DNA of 64,000 nucleotides from Dendrobates tinctorius. Its lineage: Eukaryota. The position numbers and the translations under genes were made by a program. The notes beneath the pieces were generated by a model. That model was not told the DNA's origin, did no database searches, and saw nothing but the letters and a program-made list of their open reading frames with translations. Location of the stretch: NCBI RefSeq assembly GCF_039654945.1, contig NW_027361688.1:16368001-16432000 (forward strand), given 5' to 3'. Below, piece by piece: positions 12,530-37,600 of the stretch (position 1 is its first letter; each line of letters opens with the position of its first letter).

Positions 12530-12990
12530 TGAGGCGCCGCCATACATATCCCTCCGCGGGCTCAGACTCCTCTCTCCTCCGGCTCAGCAGACACTACAGC
12601 AGCTGCAGGTGCCGGCGCTCAGACCTAGCCTCCTCTCCTCTCCCGCACATTCGCGGATCTCACTGCTGTCATGTTTACACCTCTCCGGACCCTCAAAAAA
12701 TATAGAGCAAAATAAAATTGTATTCAATCACTTTCCTTTATAAAATTTGAAGTGAAGGTTGTACTCAGTATCTGCAGTCATCGAATCTGCCTCTGCCAAT
12801 AACAAGACTCGACAACTAGAGGGAGGCAGCCATAGCCAACAGGAGTGAACGCTGAGGGCGGGGCTTTATGTCAGTCAGTGGGCGGGGTCTCCCTCGTGCA
12901 GGTAAGTGCTGCGTCTCGGGCGGTGAAGGTCGCAGGTTCGATCCCTTGCTGCGCGGCATTAGGGGCGCGATCCTTTACCTCTGCCCTTAC
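12530..12990. promoter_or_regulatory. Putative bidirectional ARMT1/RMND1 promoter with RMND1 non-coding exon 1 (donor CAG|gtaagt at 12901/12902)
   Basis: GC/CpG-rich patch, GC boxes gggcgggg at ~12857 and ~12880, strong + strand donor. The head-to-head arrangement is also known in human. Confidence 0.65.
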
Positions 12991-13529
12991 AGCCTGCAAA
13001 TGAAGAAGATAAAGAATTTATGGTGGAATTTCATTGGTCTTGAGCCCATAGGAGCGCACGGTCATTTAACCGTGAAATTATTAACCGAGATGACACCCCC
13101 TCGAAGAGTTAAAAATGTGGGTTTTTTAAGCTCTTTTCTTCCATGCAATTTTTTTTTAGGGACCTCCAATGAGTTACTGTCCTCTATTAACCCTAAACAC
13201 TGAGAATAAGCCACGGAAACCACCGTAACATGTCAGGTATGCCCATATTCCCCCCCGGAGAAGGGGTCCTGTCATAGACCGACGTGTATAATAATCTATG
13301 TAAGCACCTAAACCATCGTATTTTGGAATATTCTGCAACGTTTTGGGACCTGGGACGATGGAGGGATGGCAAAAAGCAAATGACATCACTGTCGGATCCG
13401 ACATCAATGTCGCCGGAGTGATGCCCTGGGCAATTGCCCACTTTTCCTCCCCCTAACGCCAGCCCTGGTGTCTCACCTTGTTAAAGTGAGAAAAAAATTG
13501 CAAAGAGTTTGTAAAACTGAGAAATTCAC

Positions 13530-13762
13530 ATTTGAGTTAATATGCAAATGAGGCTTAAGAGCTATGGTAGATCTGAAGCCACTGTCACTCCAGCTCTATT
13601 CCCTCTTACGCTTGACTGGCAGCCTCTGTGTTGTATGACTTCAGGCAAAGAAACTCTAAGTGAAGCAGGAGAAGGCAGCACAGGGTAGGGAATAGAGCTG
13701 GAGTGACGGAGGCTTCAGATCTACCATAGCTCTTCAGCCTCATTTGCATATTAACTTAAACA
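13530..13762. mobile_element. Palindromic MITE core
   Basis: gttaatatgcaaatgaggct..agagctatggtagatctgaagcc..gtcactccagctctattccct is mirrored at 13688-13756. Confidence 0.75.
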
Positions 13763-14056
13763 TGGATGCCCAGGCCCCTCTATATTAACATTACTGAATA
13801 GTGGCTTTAGCACATGAAAAGTTTTTTTAAAAACTTTGGTTATGGATTAAAGTTTTATTCCAGGTATTACTCATCACCTATCCACGAGGTAGACCTGTGG
13901 CGGTCCAACCAATAATTATCTACCCCCCCCCCATCCTTCACGTCACTGGTTGCTGTTGCTCCAGTAGACTTTCATGGAATGACGGCATCATTAAGGCTCA
14001 TGAGGTTCCAGCTTTATCCCCTACTCTTTTTTTTTTTTTCAGATCAGAGGCATATC

Positions 14057-26840
<12,784 letters not shown>

Positions 26841-27181
26841 CCAACAGTCTGTGACAATGAAATCAAAGGGCGACCATGTGATGCACATTATGTCAGGGTC
26901 CCTAAAACTGCATCCCGTTAAACAGGAGCTGCTGCCCCTTTAAGAGCGCTGTGACAGCGACTGAATATCTAACTACTGACTGACAGATGTAATTTTGTCC
27001 GGCAGTCTAATGAAATCTGTTGTTCCCTGTTATCAGCCCATTTTCCGTTGGGACCACAAACTACCTCGCGTAAAGCTGCTTACCGTAATATACGGATGAT
27101 CGGATTTTCCAGTATCGAAAAAAGTGATTAATATCGATGTGGTTGGGTTTATACTCTCCTAGTTAAAGCATATGGATTTAA

Positions 27182-28863
27182 AGTGTGACCGTCATTTTTC
27201 ATATTTATTTCATAAATCAATAGTACACGTAAGAATAAGTAACTTTGTAATATATCTTATCAGAGAAATCTGCTTCTTTATCTGCCAGGACTGAGCTTTC
27301 ATTTTCAAAATTCTCAATTTACAAGTAAAATCTGTATTCGGTGAAGACATATTGTTTTATTACTGACAGTTGGTGCTGATAATATTCTATGTATAGGGGA
27401 GGAGCTAAAGGCTGAACTCTTTACCCTCCTGCCTACATTGGGAGGAGCTAAAGGCTGAACTCTTCCCACTCCTGCCCCTATGGGGAGGAGGTAAAGGCTG
27501 AACTCTTTTCCCCCATGCCTACATGAGGAGGAGCACTCTTTCACCTCCTGTCTGCATTGGGAAGAGCTAAAGCTGAACTCTTTCCCTTCCTGTCTACTTG
27601 GGGAGGAGCTAAAGGCTGAACTCTTCCCCCTCTTGTCTACATGGGGAAGAGCTAAAGATGAACCCCTTCCTATCCTGTCTACATGGGGAAGAGCTAAAGG
27701 CTGAACTCTTCCCCTCCTGTCTACATGGGGAAGAGCTAAAGATAAACTCTTCCCCCTCCTGTCTACATGGGGAAGAGCTAAAGGCTGAACTCTTCCCCCT
27801 CCTGTATACATGGGGAAGAGCTAAAGATGAACCCCTTCCTCTCCTGTCTACATGGGGAAGAGCTAAAGATGAACCCCTTCCTATCCTGTCTACATGGGGA
27901 AGAGCTAAAGTCTGAACTCTTCCCCCTCCTGTCTACATGGGGAAGAGCTAAAGGCTGAATTCTTCCCCTCCTGTCTACATGGGGAAGAGCTAAAGATGAA
28001 CCCCTTCCTCTCCTGTCTACATGGGGAGGAGCTAAAGAATGAACTCTTTCCCTCCTGTTTACTTGGGGAAGAGCTAAAGGCAGAACTCTTCCCCTCCTGT
28101 CTACATGGGGAAGAGCTAAATGCTGAACTTTTCCCCTCTTGTCTACATGGGGAAGAGCTAAAGATGAACTCTTCCCCCTCCTGTCTACATGGGGAGGAGC
28201 TAAAGAATGAACTCTTCCCCCTCCTGTCTACATGGGGAAGAGCTAAAGATGAACCCCTTCCTCTCCTGTCTACATGGGGAGGAGCTAAAGAATGAACTCT
28301 TTCCCCTCCTGTCTACATGGGGAGGAGCTAAAGATGAACTCTTCCCCCTCCTGTCTACATGGGGAGGAGCTAAAGAATGAACTCTTCCCCCTCCTGTCTA
28401 CATGGGGAAGAGCTAAAGATGAACCCCTTCCTCTCCTGTCTACATGGGGAAGAGCTAAAGAATGAACTCTTTCCCTCCTGTCAACATGGGGAAGAGCTAA
28501 AGATGAACCCCTTCCTCTCCTGTCTACATGGGGAGGAGCTAAAGAATTAACTCTTTCCCTCCTGTTTACATGGGGAGGAGCTAAAGGCTGAACTCTTCCC
28601 CCTCCTGTCTACATGGGGAGGAGCAGCAGGTTGAACCCCTCCTTTCTACATAGAATTTTATAAGCACCAACTGTTATCTCTTATCTCAGTAATGTAACAG
28701 TCTGTCTTCACTGAACACTTATTTTACATGGTGAATTTTGAAAATGAAAGATCAGTCCAGGAGCCGGAAGAAGCAGATTTCTCTGATAAGATCTATTACA
28801 GAGTTGGTCATTTTCACGCGTGCTATTGATTTATGAAATAAAAATTAAAATGACAGTTACACT
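27182..28863. mobile_element. T2-type MITE with an internal ~42-bp tandem array (27395-28620), in the RMND1 3' region
   Basis: TTAA flanks; ~200-bp inverted arms (cataaatcaatag..cttatcagagaaatctgcttc); internal unit ggggaagagctaaagatgaactcttccccctcctgtctacat, ~29 copies. Confidence 0.88.
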
Positions 28864-30532
28864 TTAACGTTCCGTTCACTGACCGCAGCAGTTTTTCCAT
28901 TCACTGACCGCAAGCAGGAATCATGAAGATGAGAAGGAATTAGGACGTTTTATTTAAAAATGTGAATTTCTTCTAATTACCGTATCTGTCTGTATAAATA
29001 TATATGGTATAATTTGTGAGGTGATGGCCCGCGCCTGTTTTCTGTACAGAAAGCCTATAATCGTGTTATAATTTATTGTCAGAAGTGATCGACGCTTGAA
29101 TTTTGTGCAAATTTTTCCAATAATATGTCCTGGATCAGCGGCCGAATAAAGAACAATCTGTGTTATGGAGCACGGATCCTTCTCTGGGTTATTTTGGATG
29201 ATTGGTCTATTGGGAAAGAAATAAAAGGCGAGGCCTCTCAGTCTCCCAAAAGAGTCGGCGCATCTCCTGAAACATGGTGAAACCTTACGGAAATTGTCGA
29301 TTTGGGAAAAATTTCCTGTTCCCGATTTCTCAAGGAGGTGGAGAATAGACAACCAATCAGAGCGCAGCTTTCATTTCTTCCATTGCTCTGGCAAAATGAA
29401 AGCTGTTGTGTGATTGGTTGTTATAGGCCTTTCCCAGATTAGCCATGACGGCTCTTATACGCCGAGTACAGCCAGGGGCGTAACTTTAATTCATGGGTCC
29501 CAATGCCGAATCTACAAAATGGTCCCCAACTAGAACGAGTCTTTAACTTCTTCCTGACACATACGTCAATTCAGGTGAGGTGCCCATCACTTTTCTCCTG
29601 CTGTGGAAATATTGGGTTGCCATAGCATAGTAGTAAAAAAAATTTTAAAAAAATATTTTAGTCTCGCGACGTCTGTAAATGTGCAATCTATGAAAATATA
29701 AAAATCAAGCACATGGAATTTTTTTCAGGAGGTTAAAAAACAAAGGATTTCTAATGAAAACCACTTATTTTTTGGATAGCTTTTGGAGGAGTTTGGGGTT
29801 TCCTGAAACCGTTTTTCGGGTACAATCACACAATGTCTTTAAGAAGACAACGGTGCACCGCCAATGTTTTTATCTAGGTGAAACTTTTTTTTTTTTTTTT
29901 TTTTAATGAAGCGACTTTGCTCGAGGTTTCGCCGTCGCTTTTTCAAGTGCTCAACAGCTGGTGTCTTTTTTTTTTTTTTTTCTCTCTATAATTTATGCTA
30001 GGGGCTGTCTGAAATATGACGATGCTGCTTCTCTTATCCACTTCGCAGTTTCTGATGCAGCTAAAAGAAGTAACAAAGGACTGAACATACGCCCGGAAAT
30101 TTAGTTTTTTGCATTGCTGTGCGCTATGCTCGTTTTCTTTGCGGTGCTTTTTCAGGTGTAATCCGCCTGAAAAAGACGTCACGTATAAATACCCCTTCAA
30201 GTGTTTTTTGGAGGGTTTTTTTTTTTTAAAGGGTTTTTTCTTTGTAGCTTTTTGATTGGACGTTGCCTAATTTGGAGCATTTTTGCAACAGAAAGTGGTT
30301 TTTTGTTTTTTTTGTAATAGAAATGAATAGGACCCGCTCCCAACGACTCCTTAAAAAAACTCCACGTGCGCAGACCCTTATGGGGCGGATGTGCAGTACA
30401 TGGACATGACCTATAAAGTTGACAGAGCTGGCTGTACAACTTGGCAACTGAGGACTTCTAGTCAGTACCGGGAACAGCTGATCAGCGGGGGGCGCCGGAT
30501 CCCACCCATCAGACATTGATGACCTAGCCTTA

Positions 30533-30693
30533 GGGAAGAGTCATATAAATCGAGACCGGATTCAGTGCCAGGACCGGCCGGCAGCTCGAAGACCCGAGCG
30601 TCACAGCTTGATGTATTTCTATGCAGTGGGTCCGAAAGCCGCCGGACAGTCCAGGCACTGGGTTCCGATTTTTATGGCCCCCTGACTCTTCCC
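30533..30693. mobile_element. Small Harbinger-like MITE nested in a T2-type MITE end
   Basis: TIR gggaagagtca / tgactcttccc with TWA flanks; it interrupts the gacctatcc..ggataggtca motif seen intact at ~36120. Confidence 0.6.
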
Positions 30694-31439
30694 TAAGGAT
30701 AGGCCAGCAATGTAAAAGGCCCAGACATCTCCTTTAAGACTTTATCAGGGTCTCCCCCTTGCGAAGGAAATGGAATCTGTGGGTCCGCATTGCATCAAGT
30801 AGGAGGCTAATTAACCATATACGACCTATACCGGTATTTATAAGTATCTACGTCTATTGTTGGCTGTAGACTGAGTTAACTGAGGATCCGTCAGTGAGCT
30901 CGGTCTGATGGTCTGACAGGAGAGTTTATGAGAACTCTTTTATCTGTCTTTTTCTGATTTATGACTACAAATCACATTAAGTTTGATTTCCTAGGATAAT
31001 AAAAAGCCAAACGTTGCAACATTTTTTATTGAAACCCAATAATAAAAATTAGTTTGGGGCCATGGGCCATTACTTTGCTGAAATTCTACCGGTAGCCGGT
31101 AGGTGTCTCACTCCTTGTTGCAAGCTTTGGCCACATCAGCACACAAAACTATCAGACCTCTCTAGACAGGTGAGAGTCTATGGTAAGGTCATGTGGTAAG
31201 GTCATGTGATCAGCTCCATCGGTTACCAAGGATACGAGAATAAGCGGAAAAACTTAGAAGCATCTGTATCACGTGATCACCCAGCGTAAGTTCCTTCCGG
31301 GCACATTCGTCATTATACCTCTTTCATGGACAAGTCGGTGTTTTTAATTAATATTTGCGTTGTTTACTTACCGTGACTGACTTATCGGGCTCCAAATTGT
31401 AGTGTAAAGATTAAGTAAGAGGAAGATATGTTTTTTAAT

Positions 31440-31640
31440 AGCATTTTGTGACGAATGTGCGAGCGGGAATGGTCAGAAGCGAAATTTGCGCGGGATGTTT
31501 GAGCTCATTCGGGGGCTGGGACGGACAGTGTGAGACAGAGAGAGGGTGTGCGGGGCGCCGGGGGCGGCCAGAGCCGGGGATGAGCGCTCATAGAGGGGGC
31601 TACTAAGAAGAAAGCTGCCTGCTATCCAGCTCCGCACAAT
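31440..31640 (+). promoter_or_regulatory. RAD51AP1 promoter / 5' UTR
   Basis: CpG-rich, with E2F-like gcgggaa and tttgcgcggg immediately upstream of the ATG exon. Confidence 0.55.
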
Positions 31641-34600
31641 GGACAGGCCGGCCAGGTGAGCGATTAACCCCTCCAGGTAGCTTTTTTTTTTTAACTGTTT
31701 CCTAATTGGTTACATTTTATATTTTGATTTTTCCCAGAGGCAGCGACATCAAATATAAGTTTTTTTTCCCCTATAATGTTGTTTTATGCCCCCCATGATC
31801 ATCTGATCACTTCTACCCCATACTGTAATGTGTCAGTACTGCCGCAGGCAGGAGCCACTAAATGCGGTCAGTGATTGGCCGCCGCGTGCGCCCTGCGGTC
31901 AGTGATTGGCAGCCGCGTACGCCCTGCGGTCAGTGATTGGCAGCCGCGTACGCCCTGCGGTCAGTGATTGGCAGCCGCGTACGCCCTGCGGTCAGTGATT
32001 GGCAGCCGTGTACGCCCTGCGGTCAGTGATTGGCAGCCGCGTACGCCCTGCGGTCAGTGATTGGCAGCCGCGTGCGCCCTGCGGTCAGTGATTGGCAGCC
32101 GCGTACGCCCTGCGGTCAGTGATTGGCCGCCGAGTACGCCCTGCGGTCAGTGATTGGCCGCCGTGTACGCCCTGCGGTCAGTGATTGGCTGCCGCGTACG
32201 CGCCGCGGTCAGTGATTGGCAGCCGCGTACGCCCTGCGGTCAGTGATTGGCCGCCGCGTGCGCCCTGCGGTCAGTGATTGGCCGCCGCGTACGCCCTGCG
32301 GTCAGTGATTGGCAGCCGCGTACGCCCTGCGGTCAGTGATTGGCCGCCGTGTACGCCCTGCGGTCAGTGATTGGCCGCCGCGTACGCGCCGCGGTCAGTG
32401 ATTGGCAGCCGCGTACGCCCTGCGGTCAGTGATTGGCAGCCACGTACGCGCCGCGGTCAGTAATTGGCAGCCACGTACGCGCCGCGGTCAGTGATTGGCA
32501 GCCGCGTGCGCCCTGTGGTCAGTGACTGGCAGCCGCGTGCGCCCTGTGGTCAGTGACTGGCAGCCGCGTGCGCCCTGCGGTCAGTGACTGGCAGCCGCGC
32601 CGCGGTCAGTGATTGGCAGCCGCGTACGCCCTGCGGTCATTTATTGGCAGCCGCGTGCGCCCTGCGGTCAGTGATTGGCAGCCGTGTGCGCCCTGCGGTC
32701 AGTGATTGGGGTTATTTAGTTCCGGTTGTTGCCGCCAGAAGCAAAGATATACATCATGGAGCACGAAGGGGTTAATGCAGAGTCGGCTGGTATGTCTGCT
32801 ATTTGTAGTCCCCTTTTCCTGCCTCCAGTCACCTCCATGTTGATGTCGGGCCACTATAGACACCAGGTGTAAGGCCACTCTTGTGCTGGTGACGGGTTCT
32901 CTGGTCTTACTCTATCATGTCATTAACTCTGAGCCTGAATGATATTTTTCAGGAATAAAAAATCAGTGGATTATTCCCAGTTTTTGGACCTGGAAGATGA
33001 CGGTAAGTGAAAAATAGAACGTAATGTTTGTGATTTGCCATATTGGGGTCGGTCCTCACGGGTCAGCTCGCTTGTAGCTGCCTTTTGAGATAATCTGCTA
33101 ATAAAGCGTACCTGTAGTTTCAGGTAAACTGTTCAGTATAAGCGTTCCTACGTGTGCATGAAGATGATGTTTCTGGCCATTACAGACTCTGAATCCTGCA
33201 TTTTTCAACGATTTTCCGCTCTGCAGGCTTTCTCATAATATTCATATTGTCTCTGAGCTGGTGGAGTGAGACCAGCTGCTATGATCTCTCCCATACACAG
33301 CACACACAGATATGTGCGATTCCAGCTCTCCTGTCTATTGTTGCACATGTTCAGCATCAACAGAAGAACGAAGGACATTATACAGCAGTTCCGAGCAGTG
33401 TAGATGTGAATCCAGCTCTGGGTTGAGATAAACACTAGAAAGCGGCAGTACTGTCTTTGTGTCTATCTCTCCTCTATAGACTTGATAAGCAGGTGTAATC
33501 TGATCCCTCAGTCTTTCTGTGAATAAGAAGGATTTGATCTGTTTTTTTTTTCTTCTGAAGTAGATGATGATTTCAATGAGAGGGAAAGAAGCGGCTTATA
33601 AGTGGAGAAAGAAGCTGATTTGTCTGATCAGATGTATTACAAAGTTTCTCCTATTCGCTATTCCTATTAATTTACGTAACATTTTGTTGAAATGTCACCA
33701 ACCATATTTATATATTTTTCTATTTTCCATACACTCTCTCTCTTTTTTTTTTTCGTAGACGAGGATTTCGCTTCATCGGCACCTGTAAGTAAGAAAGCGC
33801 GTGTAGAGACGAAGAAGGAGAAAAAAGATAAACCAATAAAGAAAAATAATAAAGAAGAGACCATAGCGACGAATTCCCAGAAAAAGAGGTGAGTGAGGTG
33901 CACATGTCACAAAATGGGATATTGTGTCCCCTGAGCAGACCCCCAAGGATCGGACCCCTGTTGTTTATTGTGACCACAGCTTGGAGTGATGCTAGTGCAC
34001 GCGGGGGAGAACAGATACTGAAGTGACTGCAACTCGCTGGACAGCAGATTATTGTTTGGGCAGCTGTATCACCCAGGGTGCACTAGCTCCTCAACATGGG
34101 AAGAAGAGTATTGCTGCACTGCCCCTTTAGTTTGACAACCACTTCTCCAATATACTTCAATTATTTATCTTTTATACTTTCCATGACTTTTCATTTGAGA
34201 ATCCCCAGTGCATGCTGGTATACTCGAACGAGACGTCATCAGGGGACCAGGGCTTCAATCACTGCTGCAGCTGCTATGCCTAACCCGAAACAAAGCGTCA
34301 TCAGTGACGTCCCTTTCAGGGACTGCTTAATTAAGCATCTGCCGATTGTCAATTCCAACGCATCATCAGTATGTATCTTTGAATGCATAGTGACAGTACG
34401 TTCCCTCGCTGTCTCTAAAGTGAAGTGACGAGCCAACGAGAGAGCGCACTGTCAATGCAAATTGTAAACGAAAGAATACGGCAATGCGGGAGATCAGAGA
34501 CCAGTCCCTGAAATAGAGGTCACTGATGATGCTTTGTTTCAGGGTGGGGAAAGCAGCTGAGGCAGTGATCGAAGCCACGGCCCCCCGATCACGTCCTTTT

Positions 34601-37600
34601 TGAGCAACCCAGCATGCACTGGAGATTCTCAAGCAAAAAGTCATTTGATGTTACAGTAGAGAGGGAACAGTGCATAATTTCTAATTGAAGTATATTGGAG
34701 AAGTGATTACAGTATTGAATTAAATGAAAAGGCATTTAGTCTGAAATTCACCTTTTGGTTTCAGGCCTCCCCTTTAAGGCGGTACAATGAGGTTAGCACT
34801 GTGCAGATTACAACGATTTGTCACATTTCGGGTATAGTCAGGTTTCCAGTTTCATCGGTGCCTTTTTTTTCGCCTTTTACCCAGGCTGCCTCTAGAAGAC
34901 AAGCTGTATCAGCGAGATTTAGAAGTGGCTTTGGCGCTGTCGGCGAAGGAGACGTCCGTCATTATAGAGAATGATGAGAATATTCCCAGAAATGGTATAT
35001 ATTTGTTATTATCGATTCATGTTCGGGGCCTGCAAGAAAGTATTGAAGAAAACTCCTCATTAAAGGGTTTGACCGGTGAAAATAAACAGCACTTAATGAT
35101 CGGTGGAGGTCTGACCCCTGGGATCTGTACTGATCTACATCACCGGGGAGGGCACTTTTATACCTGTGGTGGAGCCCATGCTTTTCCTGCAGCCCAGGTC
35201 GGACCCCCACCGGTCAGCAAGTGATCACCTATACTGCTGACAGTTTATAATTGATTGCGTAGTGAGCGCACCGTGACACACGGCTCCTTGAAGGCGATCA
35301 CGCTGGCACTACTGTTGCGCCCATACGATCGCCAGCAGGATGATGGGAGTGATCACCGCCTCGATCCGGACAGTTAACCCCCTCCCCCCGCACCGCCTTT
35401 GTTTGGCCTTTCACTTACTTTGTGCATTGTGAATCTCGCTGTCTTATCCAGAAGCTCCAGAAGACGCCTGTAGGTTTATTAAAGATCCTGACGTGTGCGA
35501 AGCATCCTTCTCAAATTGCAGCGTTGACAGCAGCACACTAGGTAATTGATGTTTTTTGGAGGGGGGCTTTAAACATTGAATCCTACTAGTCTCTGGAAAA
35601 AAAAACTTTTAATTTTATCTTAAACACTTTCTGCTTTATTTTTTTTATATTTTTCCTGATGTCAGCTGATGTCCATCTATTGAATCCCGGGCTGATGGTG
35701 GAGATTTACTTTCTGTTTTTTTTTCCCCACAGGTCTGGACGAGATCACAGACGAAAATGAAGACCCCAGTAGAGGCAGAAGTCGCAGACAAGCTGCTTGT
35801 AAAGCCATTACTGAGCAGAGGAAACTCCTGACGGAAGAAAGCGGGGATGAAGAGGATGCCGAGGAGTTTAAGCCAGACACAATGGCGGGTATGTACACAG
35901 TAGGAGTAATAGGGAAATCATCCTGTCCTGACATGTTCATGTTCACACCTGCAGATGACAGGACTATATAATGCGCAGTGGGGCTGCACAGGATGCAAAG
36001 TAGTTAGATGACCGCTACTTGTATAGTCTGGGAGTACAGGCATCATTATTATATAAGAATCTGACGCCCACCCTCCCATCATCTGACTTAAAGGGGTTCT
36101 CTAGGTTTCTTTATGTTGATGGTCTATCCTTAGGATAGGTCATCAGCCTCAGATTGGTGAAGGTCTGACATCTGCACCACCACCGATCAGCTGCCACAGG
36201 ATGTACGGTGCCGGTACACCAAAGCTCCATAAGCTACGCTGTGGCAGTTTTCAGGAACTGCAGCTCAGCTTAATTGGGGTGTGAGACCTGAGGTGTTGGG
36301 ACCTGGTGACAGCTGATCCTCGGGGTGCGGGATCTGGTGACGACTGATCCTTGGGGTGTGGGATCTGGTAACAGCTAATCCTTGGGGTGCGGGATCTGGT
36401 GACTGCTGATCCTTGGGGTGCGGGATCTGGTGACTGCTGATCCTTGGGGTGCGGGATCTGGTGACTGCTGATCCTTGGGGTGTGGGATCTGGTGACGGCT
36501 GATCCTTGGGGTGTGGGATCTGGTAACAGCTAATCCTTGGGGTGTGGGATCTTGTGACGGCTGATCCTTGGGGTGTGGGATCTGATAACAGCTAATCCTT
36601 GGGGTGCGGGATCTGGTGGCGACTGATCCTTGGGGTGCGGGATCTGGTGGCGACTGATCCTTGGGGTGCGGGATCTGGTGGCGACTGATCCTTGGGGTGC
36701 GGGATCTGGTGGCGACTGATCCTTGGGGTGCGGGATCTGGTGGCGACTGATCCTTGGGGTGCGGGATCTGGTGACGACTGATCCTTGGGGTGCGGGATCT
36801 GGTGACGACTGATACTTGGGGTGTGGGATCTGGTAATGGCTGATCCTTGGGGTGTGGGACCTGGTAATGCAGGGTTCCCCAAATCCGGTCCTCAAGGCCC
36901 ACCAACAGGTCATGTTTTCAGGATTTCCCCTGTATTGTACGGGTGATGCAATTATCACCTGGGCAATACTAAGGAAATCCTGAAAACATGACCTGTTGGT
37001 GGGCCTTGAGGACTGGAGTTGGGGAACCCTGCGGTAATGGCTGATCCTTGGGGTGCGGGATCTGGTGACAGCTGATCCTTGGGGTGTGGGACCTGGTAAC
37101 AGCTGATCCTTGAGATGTTGAGCTCCCACTGATCTAATACCGATGACCTGTCCACAGCTCAGGCAACCAATATCAAATTCTCAATTTTTTTTCTAATTTG
37201 ATTTCTTGTATTTTTTACCAACAGGGATTTATTCATTTTTAACCGAATATCTTCTATGTGTCACAGTACACAGCAGAATGAGTTACAGGTGGATCTGTCA
37301 GAGAGCTGCGACTATTATCTTCTGACCTGGTAAAAGGGGATCTTTGATGAAACCATAATTTTCGGCCTTAGAGACCCTGACTGACTCACTGGTAACTCTG
37401 CTGTCCTCTGAGTACTATGAAACATAGAGGATATAGAAGCCAAACGGTTCACCATTTTTAGGGTATGTGCACACGCTGCGGATTCTGCTGTGGATCCGCA
37501 GCGGATTGGCCTCTGCGGATCCACTGCAGAACCGATAGCAATATACAGTACAATATTATCCAATGGGTTTTAGAAATCGCAGTGCACATGCTGCGGATTT

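Noticed and set aside
9420-12743. Cys/Gly- or Pro/His-rich ORFs resembling keratin-associated proteins or mucins
   Set aside because: Translations of the 30-bp minisatellite, open in multiple frames on both strands.
12880-12960. Functional tRNA gene
   Set aside because: Acceptor and anticodon stems do not pair and there is no clear A-box. Kept only as a relic finding.
33560-33630. Possible C/D-box snoRNA (ATGATGA...CTGA)
   Set aside because: It lies within a MITE arm related to other T2-type ends, with no terminal stem or recognisable guide.
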